This document shows positions 10,575 through 20,872 of a DNA stretch of 26,806 nt, piece after piece. The stretch lies in the NCBI GenBank assembly GCA_051942245.1, contig JAVECL010000029.1, positions 62,001-88,806 of the forward strand, in the 5' to 3' direction. The translations under genes and the position numbers were made by a program. The notes beneath the pieces were generated by a model that saw nothing but the letters and a program-made list of their open reading frames with translations, was not told the DNA's origin and searched no databases. The stretch comes from Trypethelium eluteriae. Its lineage: Eukaryota. Position 1 is the first letter of the stretch. The number at the start of each line of letters is the position of its first letter.

Positions 10575-12339
10575 TCTTGCGATGCGATGTGGGGATTGGA
10601 TGGCGAAAGATGTCAGATCCTCAATCGTTTCGAGATCGCAACTGATCCAGTGCTGTCAACTGCGATTTAATAGGACTTGGTCGGATTTTCCTTCTCTTTT
10701 ATACTTCTTTGGCTGGTTTTTCCCACATGGGCACTGCACCTGAACTTGAGAAATGACACGTTACAGCAATTCTACATCCACCGTTCCATCTTCATGTTGT
10801 CAAACCATGAGGCATACACCAATCGCTCAGATGCCATGTTTCAGCGAAACCACGCAACCTTGCCTTAGTTTTGTCCGATGATACCAAAGCAACTCGACTA
10901 CTACGCAGGGGCTTTTGGCGACTTTGACGACCCGTGCTGGGGTGGGAGAGTGCTATCAGATGCGTCAAATCACCCGCGGCAGCTATCTCTTCGGCCGGTG
11001 TAGTACCCTCGTTGGCCAGAGATGAGATGACCAACCGCGACCGAGACTGTTCACGGGAACGCGCGAAGCGATATACCGGCATTAGGCGCGTACATTGAGC
11101 TCCGGTGCATTGCACGACGCGTAAGAGCTATCTTTGCCGGCCTACGGAAAAGACCACGCACCAGGGTTACTATCTCTGAGGCACATCCTGGGCACTTCCT
11201 GCAGGCGCCAGTTGTTCATAGAACAATCCAAAGGTCTTTGAGCTCATTGTCTACGGCTCGTACGAAATGTGTTCCGTATACCCGAAAGGATCCCACCTGA
11301 GGAATAAGCGTAGCCGGTGTGCGTGCCGTATGGGAGGGTAGAATGACTGAATGCTCTTGTTTGTTTGCGAAGCGTAAACTCATGTCCTGATTGGCCTCGC
11401 AGACTGCTCTTCGGCGTCTGAACCTTCACGCGACTGCTCTGCGCACTGGAGCTTCTCTGCCGAGGTACAAGGCTGTCTGGGGTGAACATCTTTGGATAGG
11501 CATAAACGGAGCGGTTCCCTATCTCCGTTGGAGGAGCGCCTCAATTTGCCTGCGTGAAGGAAATATCCACCTCTCCTCGCCCAGTCATCTCAAAGCCACC
11601 GTTTTGGTTAACCCAGGGCCGTGGATCGAGGGGTATAGATAGAATCTTGTCGAATATCTAGAGGTCTAGATAAGAGCTTCTGACCTTCAGGGACACCTTA
11701 AGTTCCAGTTGACCAATCATATGAAGTACCTTCATAGAAGATGACCTTCCAGACAATCGATCAGTCCTAAGCCTGCCTAAGATGATTGGCTTATCCAGGA
11801 TACTTAGGCCAAGTTGCCGTTGCAATCACAACAGCGGTGCGGCCCGGGACGTATCCATTCATCGATCCTACCTTCTTATCCCAGCAGCCGTCGGCGCACA
11901 GAGCCCGCTAGGCTATTACACACAGGCAGACATTTTGTGCTCTTACGAGATCCTTCTGTCGCCCGTGCAACACAGTAGAAGAGTACTTGTCCATTTTGAG
12001 GCCATTGCAAGATTATGTCTGACCCCGAATGGCAATTGGATGTCTACGTGTAAGCTGCTCGCCCTCACTAGGCAGGTAAGAGTAGCTCCGGCCTGCCTAT
12101 TCCAAAGCAATGTCAGCTCGGACGTGGCAGAGGTTTGACAATCATCCGATAAGGCTTGAGTTAAGGTTGCATCGTGACCAAACATCAGACAAAAGCAGGG
12201 GTTATACTTAGTGGGGAAACCAAGCACACTCTACCTTCGCTGATATGCACGCGCCGATGTCTTTTCTTCGGACGTCGAGATAAAGTTGGTAAGGTGTCAC
12301 ACTCTGTCCTCCCCTTCTCCCAGCCATATGTGGCCTAGG

Positions 12340-12541
12340 ATGGCGTTTCTCCGGGTTGTCATCCTCCAAAGCTTGGCGACGCGGATGCCGGGAGCACACG
12401 CGCCCCACCTCCTTCGCACGCGGCGTCGGTCTCGAGAGCTTCACCCAAGTCCTGCAACACCACTACTTCGCCGATGGTGACCTCGTGCACCCAGGTTCCT
12501 GGACTATCCTAATCAGCATGCAGACAGCGATCTGGCTGTAG
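12340..12541 (+). pseudogene. Possible decayed coding fragment of unknown family
   Basis: At 12407-12490, 19 of 28 codons end in C (TSFARGVGLESFTQVLQHHYFADGDLVH) and the antisense shadow frame is open. Possible frameshift at the C run 12403-12406 and a stop at 12539-12541. No family recognised. Confidence 0.3.
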
Positions 12542-15500
12542 AAGCTCGTAAAGACTAAGCGCTTGAGAGAGCGCACCGACGGACCTCGGGAGCTTGACGA
12601 TACATCGAATGGTCATTTTATCGCTTATTTCCCCATGGCTTCAGAGTTCCCCACCACTGCGTTGTCCCTCCTTCACTTCATTATCCTTGCTGCATTTGAA
12701 GGCAGAATGCACCACAAGAGCATCTATCACGCGACCACAACCATTGCCTGGGGCCGATATACTGCACGCGACACGTGTCGTTGACCCTGGCAGTGCACGG
12801 TAGCAGCGCGTCACAGCATTCTTTGGAATCTTCTTTTTGCAGGAAATAGGACCGGGCGGACTCTCAGTCGCGACGCGAAACGCTTAGTGAAGTCGTTCCG
12901 GTCCGCGACTATGATCGCTGATACGGGATACACAGGTACGTTTTCCGTTTACGGCATCGGCACCAAGATTTTGGGCAAGCGAAACTGGCAGGATCGGGAA
13001 TTATGTCCCCGCGATACTCTGAATCCTTCTTCTGGATCATGCATGACAGTGGAGAATGGATTCCTTCATCCGACGTGCGCGATTGCAGCGCTGTTGGCCC
13101 TGATCATATCGTATTGTGGGAAAAGCCATTGACGCGCGTGTTTGCCTCACTAGCTTTCTTGATACAGAGACCACTGGCTATGAAACAGGTCACACTGCAA
13201 CATCTAAAGCTCATTATGGTTCCAATTGAGCCCTACGACAATCATCTCCAGCTGCAACAAATGGCGGAGACACGAGAGCTACGCTTTGCGAGCAAGGACA
13301 CAGTTAAGCTTGCGTACATATCACCACCTTCTTCAAGTTACATCCAGTCTAAGGCTCTCATTCTGCCCAAGGAGCTGGGCGGCCAGCTACACGGCCGCTG
13401 TTACGACTCAGTTTCCCTGGGATTCAGCCTTTGAAGAAGGATGTCTGGTAGGTTTGTGAGTTTTCGGGCTTCTCAAACTATTCCAGTAGCAGATTGCGTA
13501 CTTGTGCTCATCATGATACTTACCACTTCTCACTGCACAAGAGCATGAGAACCGGCTCCAACCGTTGACTGAGCAATGTGCAGAATAATAGCAGAACTGG
13601 CAAATTTATATGCACACAGCGCACTCTACCACCCTTAACAGTACTCTCTTCGACCTCCGCGTCGTCGAGAGAGCTGACACGAGAATGTTGTGCAGGTTTC
13701 CTACCTCTCATGACAGAAGTGCCAAATGGAGAGCGTCCAGATCACGCCATATGTCTGAGACATCCTACAGCGTCCCCAAGAGCTATTGACTGGTCCAATC
13801 TGTGGCCTTGCAAGATAAATGCCTATCAGGCTATGCGCTCTTTATAAGTTATGAACGACGGCTGTCCGGCAGACTGTCTCATGCCCCGTTCATTCCGAGT
13901 TGAGGATGCAGAGATAAGAAGAGAAGTTGCATCGCCTTCTTATTTTTATCAAGTCAACAGTTCCCAATAGCTATCTCCGAAACATTCTTCAATGCTAAAT
14001 GGTGTGACGAAACCCGCTTGCTCCTTCTTGCTGGACAGTCAGTCACTCTCCATGATCTCGTTCAAGATCCGTTAACCTCGTTATATTAGGTCCTGGAGAA
14101 CACGATGGATTTGAGGAAACTTTCTGCTGTGAGGCCGATTGCGCCAAGTCGCTTTGCTCCTTTATTGCGATGATGATATTGTTGACCGAGGGATTTGACC
14201 GAAGAAAGCTGCTTCTGCACATTGGCGTCATGGACAATTTTTGACTCTGACTGCGTGATCTCAGAATGAGGCTACGATGGTACAACGTATTGCGGTAGTT
14301 CTCTTACTTGATCAATGATGTCGCGTTCGCTGCGCTGTTACCATCATATGAAGAGAAGCTGAAAGCCGCCAATTTTTAGAGTCAATTTACAAGACATCCC
14401 CGAGCGCTCAATCGGTCCTGATGACCTCCGCAAACTTTTGGTCATGATCTATTGGCTTTGTCGCATCTATCTCACATCTTTGTGAGCCAGCGAACCCATT
14501 TGTTGATCATGTGGATCCCTGAAGCCTTCTCGTCTTCAGAAATCCCCTAGGAAACAGCCACTCCGCCTTGAATAGATCAGGCAGAATCAGCAGGTGAGTC
14601 GTCTGTTGCCAATGAACAAGAAGCTATCAGCATGTGTTTCAGCAGTGAGCCAAGTTGCCAAACTCCCGTGAGGCCAAGTTTCGCGTCAGCTAATTGAGAA
14701 CGTTAATTTATAAGCCTAGGTAAGATGATGCGGAGTCGCTTGGTGAGCTTGGCTACGAATAAATAACTGTGTAATACGGGCTGAAGCTAAGAACTGTTGT
14801 TGTGAGTGCCATTCCGGTGCGCACTTTCGCTGTGTTTCAATTGCTATCCTGAAAATGGTCCTCGCCGACAACGCTTCAAATGTTTTACCGAAGTGCATCT
14901 AACGCCGAAGAATTGCTCAATGGGCCAAACGGAGCTCTCGGAAGCCTAGCACACACTGAGGAGGAGAAGAATTTTAGCATATGGCACATGGTACGTTCTC
15001 AAGAGGCAAGCAATAGTGAAAACGATCTCGCTAACACAGTGATTCGCTGTCTTGTGGAATAGTGTAAGAGGCACAATCTCTAATTGGAGAAATTGCTACT
15101 ATGCTACCTACTAGGATCCACCTATCTTCGGCACCCCAAACTCACTCCTTGAAGACGCCTACCTGGCATCGAAGAGAAGAAGAGTGCCATCGGAGTCCTG
15201 ACGCAAAGTGTGTTAGCCTGCGGAGGACGGCAAGGCAGGAAGCAAGCAAGTTACAAAGACAAAAAGAGGTAAGGGGTCGCTGCGTCTTGTGTAAGCGCGC
15301 TCAAGGGATGGGATAGAGCCCTACCGGCTATATATGGCACGATAATTGCCTCAACCAAGTACGAAAAAGGTTCAGAACGAAGCTACGCAATCTTGCATCA
15401 GCCTCATCCTCACTCATACAACATGGGGAGGCAGTCAAGCGTGAATACGTGTATCTAGGCATTCTTGCTTATTTCACGTTCTTTTCAATGATTTTGCAAA

Positions 15501-15720
15501 CTACTTGTCTCGCGAACAAGTACTGCTTTCGATCTGCTCATCGGCTTCAACAGGATTCGGTTTGCCAGTCATACTGGGTACCTGTCATACCTACATTGAA
15601 CAGATGCTAATGACGGTGTTAAGGGTGAAGGGAATACTCGAATGGTAATGTTGGGCAATCAAGCTCAATCTGTCTTCACCAGGTATGAGAAACAGATCGA
15701 AAATTCCAAGAATGTCGGTA

Positions 15721-16681
15721 CTACAAGCTAAATGAAAGGCCGCCATTGGCACAGATCATGCTACCCGTACACCAACCAAACTCTTCTCCACAAATTGACG
15801 CAACAAGTCCGGCAATCTCGTCAGCATAAGCAGCTCGACCTCCGAATCGTTCTCCTATCTTCCGTACCTCCTCATTATCACATTCTCGCACCGGTGCCAG
15901 GGGCGTCACAGGATTCCACACTGCAAGACCTCTCTTTACCTCCTCGGGAGCTGACAGATACATGTCCGTCATGACCGGACCGGGGTTGATGGCGTTGACC
16001 GTTGCCCGTTCGGCAAGTTCACGGCACCACACCCGTGTCATGGCCTCCAGCGCACCCTTGGCTCCGCTATAGAGGGTCGTGTCCGGGGTACCTATCTTGG
16101 AGTTGATACTGCTGAGAATAACAATTCTGCCGGAGCGATTCGTTGGCAGGAATGGTTTACAAGCGGCAGTCAACAAGGTCGGGCCGAGCACATTGACAGC
16201 GTAGTTGTGATGAAAGTCCTCCGGTGTGACTGACTCAAGTGGACCGAGGTACAAAGTTGCTGCATTGTGGACCAAAATATCGATCCGCAAGGGGCTAAAG
16301 TCCTCCCTCATGACATCTATGAGTTTTTTGCACCCATCCGGCGTGCTAATATCTGCTTGAATAGGAATCGCTCGAATTGAGTGCGCGCTGGCTACTTCAG
16401 AAGCGAGTGAAGCGGCAAGCGGACTTGACGATTCGGTCAGGTAATTTATTACCACATTGCATCCCTTGGAGGATAGATTGCGGACTATTGCGGCACCGAT
16501 ACCTAAGGATGTCATGAGCAAGGAATCAATCCCATGGGGCCGGAGTATTCGAATTCGTTGTCTTCCCAATGGTCGCGAGAATCTCAAGATTGAAAGGGGT
16601 AAGCATACTCCTTGCTGACCCAGTTACGACCGCTAATTTGTCCTGCAATGGTCTTGCAACTGCAATTGGGGTCCTGACCAT
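15721..16681 (-). CDS. Classical short-chain dehydrogenase/reductase (SDR-1), probably NADP(H)-preferring, ~284 aa
   Basis: ATG at 16681, intron 16503-16608 (GTATGC..TAG), exons 73+782 nt. LQDKLAVVTGSARSIG Rossmann motif spans the splice junction. Also IDILVHNAA, catalytic Ser (LSS) and YSGAK, VNAINPGPVMTDM, C-terminal WCTGSMICANGG. Confidence 0.93.
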
Positions 16682-17367
16682 CGCAACACGCGGTCAAGTG
16701 CTATGTAGCGTCTAAGCGGAGCGGAAGCCCCTTCTGCTCTCTGGAACTGTGTCGCTTTGTGATCTGCCAGCTTGTTAGTAAGAAGTGGACCAGAAAGGAC
16801 AGGCGATCGAACTTTGTGGCCCTTGGTGACAACGGTCGAGACAAGGGAGGGGTAATGAAAAGTCCCAACAAGGTACCAATCTTGATGAGGAGCGCGACAA
16901 CTTTGGACATGGGAAGAAGGGCGCCTTATAAACATGCTTGTTGCTAATCCATGCACAAACGGAGTGCCTTGAGCGACACAAAGGGTGCATTATCGCATCG
17001 CCTCTGATGCGTTTGCTTTATGGCCTTGGTTACTGGAGCTCGACGCTTGCATATGCGGGGCGCGCTGACCTCTGACATAGGCCGGCTAACCGCATTTTAG
17101 CGGTCATTGGACCTTCACGGCAAAGTAAAAAAAAATAATTGTGCTCCGTACAGATTTAAGAACACAGGATCCTCCGCCTACGTCTGCCGTAGGGGGCCCG
17201 GCATTTCAAGGGTGATCACGGCGACTAAGCAGCTGAGGACAGTCCAAGCAGTCTTGTTAACCTATACTGCTCGCTAAGCTACGATACCGCCGTTCCTCTA
17301 ACCTCTTCAAACCCTCGGAATTATCCAAGGATCTTACCCTTAATACCATCTTCTCCAGCAACGTTCT

Positions 17368-18243
17368 CTACTTTGACAAAAAGCCACCGTCAACAGGCAA
17401 GCAAACACCCGTTACATAGGATGCTGCGTCGGAAGAAAGCCATAAGGACGCTTGTGCGACTTCATGCGGCAGGCCAAATCGGTTCATGTAGCTGAACACA
17501 GGCGCGATTTTCTCATGAGTTGTCCCCATCGTTACAAGGGCGGCAGCGGCCATTTCGGTCTGAACAGAGCTCAAGCCCGTCAGTCTTCTTGCTTGTCTAG
17601 AGTGAATCAAACGCAATGACGGAGGTCGTGCGAATGATATTTAACTTACAAGTATCGCACCTGGTGCAATGGCGTTGACTCGCACGCCGTGGGGTCCTCC
17701 TTCCATCGCACCGTGCTTTGTCAGTCCGAGAAGCGCATGCTTTGCAGCTGTGTAAGCGGGCATGTTGATTTGTGGTTTGAAGGCATTGATTGAGGTAATA
17801 TTGACGATGGAACCTTTGCCTTGCTTGGTCATCTGCTGCAACTCGTGTTTACAGCATACTGCAGTCCCTGTAAGATTCACGTCGATGATGTTGCTCCAGT
17901 AAAGCTCGTCGAAGTCCGTCAAAGGCGTCTTATCGGGCGTCATCGCGGCATTGTTGATGGCAATGTCCAAACATCCATACTTTTCAACTATTTGGTTGAT
18001 CAGGTTCTGAACTTCATCTGACTTGGAGATATCGCATGGTAAGAACGTTATTTCGCCATATTTTGCAAGTCTCTCGGCGGTCTCCTGTCCCTTTTCAAAT
18101 TTGATGTCGCAAATGACGACCTTTGCACCGGCTCGCAGAAAGACAGAGGCAGTAGCCTCCCCCATGCCCTGGGCACCGCCTGTGACGAGCGCGACTTTCT
18201 TCTTGAGGACAGGAAAGACTTCGGCTCCGTCGCCGTTCTCCAT
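17368..18243 (-). CDS. Classical short-chain dehydrogenase/reductase (SDR-2), probably NAD(H)-preferring, ~261 aa
   Basis: ATG at 18243 in GCCGCCATGG context, intron 17560-17649 (GTAAGT..ACTGAC..CAG). Motifs [13 protein letters not shown] (acidic end of beta-2), [27 protein letters not shown] and [12 protein letters not shown]. Confidence 0.95.
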
Positions 18244-19113
18244 GGCGGCAATATTGCCTACCAGATTTGCGTGACGCCAGGGATTTGTGGCAGGAGATCA
18301 GACCGTCAAGCTTGGCGGATTGTGCTGCAGCAATTGAAAGAGCAGGAAAAGCGTCGGAGGGAAAGTCCTGTAGAACTCTGGTGGACACAGACATGGCGGC
18401 AATTCCGGTCCACATAGTGGTACTGGTGATGATCAAGATTCTGATTTGGGAAAATCGGCCCGTGGTTGGTTTGACGAACGTGCGTTCGGGTGGGAGAGCA
18501 GCTTAGCCGACCTCTTTCCATACATAAGGCTCTTACGGGTACTGCAGTGACTCCCCAAGCACCTAAGCGTGAGTATGATGGTTGCAGGGCTCCCTGGTTG
18601 CAGGGTAGGGTTCCCTGGCGTCCTGCTGCAGGGGTCAGCAGCAACGACCCACCTACGGACGACGAAAAGCTGCGAGGTGATGAGCCTAGGATCACTTCCT
18701 GCAAGGCACTATCGTTTCGAAGCCTCAGCGTCATCAGGCGCATCGACTGACAGACTTGACAGCTGGGCTAAGCAACTGTCAAGTGCTCCTCGGGAATTAA
18801 AAGTTTCGGACATGCTTCTCTAGAAAGCTTAGGCTAATATGTGCCGTCTAACACTTCGCCGTCTTTCCCGCTTGGAGAATAGAGCAAGATAATGATTGCA
18901 TATGGCTTGAAGTGGGAAGATCGCTGTCTTCTTCTGCTCGACTAGTAACAACGGCTCTACACAAGACTAGCTCTGTCTGTTTTGTACCCCTCATCCCCTT
19001 ATCGGTTTATTAAATTCGCCGAGTATCACCTTCGAGGGTCTGATTGTAGCGGATGATCTACCCTCATCAAAGACTTTCCTGAATATTCGCGCGGTGGTCT
19101 TGGTGGTGCAATC
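18244..19113. promoter_or_regulatory. Divergent promoter shared by SDR-2 and the sugar porter, with three GGCTAA motifs
   Basis: Head-to-head genes 870 bp apart. GGCTAA at 18503-18508 (minus, as CGGCTAA), 18766-18771 and 18832-18837. Confidence 0.55.
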
Positions 19114-20872
19114 ATGATGAGCAGTACCAAGGGAAATTGGCCTGTACGAGCAGGAACGCGGCCATCAATAGAGTCAAAATCCATGGTGGATGACGAGGAT
19201 CAAAGCCTCCCTGAGCCTGGGACTAGTTGGATCAATATCACCGTACGTAAAAATGGATTTCTTGAGCACATGTAGGATGAGCTTAACAAATTGAAAGGTT
19301 ATGATAACCGCGGCTTTGGGATCGTTCTTGTATGGCTTCTCCGCAAATGCTATCGCAAGCACCTTGGCGCAACCTACCTTTATCGCCAAATTCCTGGGCA
19401 CAGGGACGACCTCACGAACTGATGGACTCTTGGGAGGGTAAGTCCTTCGTCAGATCATATCCCGCTCTGAACTGTGAAGGGAGTTTCTCTGATTACCACG
19501 GTTAGTTTTCTTGGTGGAGCATTGGTCGGTGCCATTGTGCAGGCACCTCTAGCGAATAGGTTTGGTCGTCGCATTGCTAATGGTAGTGCGTCCACGATTG
19601 TTGTGGTTTCTGGCGCTTTGCAAGCAGGATCAGTACATATCGCAATGCTGCTCACTGCACGAGTCCTCTGCGGCATTGGCGCTGGTATGGTCTTCACCAA
19701 TACGCCGGTATACATGAGTGAAGTATCTCCGCCGCACACTCGTGGCCTCCTTGTCGGCTTCCAGGGCATTGGAGTGGTGACTGCTTATATCAGCTGCGCG
19801 CTGTTCGGTCTGATCTTCAACTTCGTCACGGCTCCTGTACAGTGGCGACTCATCTTCATCGTCCTCAGCGCAGTTGGCCTTCTGCACTTAGTGTCATTGC
19901 GCTTCATTCCTGAATCTCCACGTTGGCTGATGAAACAGGGCCGTGAAGCTGAAGCAAAAGCTGTGCTTGAGTATCTGCATAGGACTAACAAAGATCCATG
20001 CGCGATGTTAGCCCAGGCTGAGGCTCTCCAGATCAAGGCTCAAGTGGAAACGGAAAAGGTCCTGCCCAACGGCTACATGTACATCTGGTGGACACCTCAT
20101 CTTCGAAAACGTGCTTTCTGCTCCATCATGCTATGGATTATGGGCCAAGGCACAGGTATCACCGCTATCGCAAACCTCATTCCTGTACTCATGGGCTCGC
20201 TCGGCTTTAGTACCGTCATGCAGCTGGGCCTGGGAGTCGTCTGGACCGTCTGCGCAGTCATTGGGTGCGCTTTCAATGTTCTACTCGCCGATCGTGTTGG
20301 GCGCGTCCGTTTGCTGACAGTCGGGGGGTTTGGCTGCGCCGCTATCATTTCAATCCTGGCTGCCTTGGAAAAATACTATCTCAATTCAACCTATCAATCT
20401 GGTATTAACGCTGCAGTCGCCATGTACTTCATTTTCGGCACCTTCTTCACTTCGACAATCGAGTGCACGTCCTACGTCTATACAACCGAAATTTGGCCCA
20501 CACACCTCCGTAGTGAGGGTTCCACGCTTGCATTTGCTAGCTTCTTTAGCAACGCCATCGCTTACTCGGCACCTGTCAGTGTCGGACTGGCGAATATCGG
20601 TTGGAAGCTGTACATGGTGTTCGTGGCTGTCACAACTGTATCCACTATCGCTATCATGCTTACTTTCCCTGAGGTAGGTCTCTCATTTGTATTCTACCGC
20701 TGTCGTTTTCACCATCTCTGCCGCGACTAGCCTGACTCTTGTCCAGACTAGTGGTTTGACGCTTGAGGAGATCAATGTGAAATTCGGTGATAGTGTGGAG
20801 ATCGATTTGCGGACTGCGTTGGCCAAGGGTATTGGAAAGGAATCTCAGCCCGAGGCAGCCAAAGAGTGTTAG
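19114..20872 (+). CDS. MFS sugar porter family transporter, atypical, ~520 aa
   Basis: ATG at 19114 (in-frame alternative 19183). Introns 19243-19297, 19438-19505 and 20674-20746; exons sum to 1563 nt. Family motifs NRFGRR, ARVLCGIG, PVYMSEVSPPHTRG, PESPRWL, DRVGRV, EIWPTHLRS and PETSGLTLEEI (formed across the last splice). Confidence 0.94.

Noticed and set aside
13003..13434. 143-aa ATG-initiated ORF in the gene-poor gap
   Set aside because: No recognisable family, codon bias or splice structure; cannot be supported without a search.
14043..14340. Intron-like GTAAGA..CAG on minus joining RSERDIIDQ to SESKIVHDANVQKQL
   Set aside because: No start, no homology recognised, short frames; could be chance.
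15101..15316. RGRCVLCKR resembling a transposase Cys-rich tail
   Set aside because: Single CxxC only, with no second Cys pair, catalytic domain or terminal repeats.
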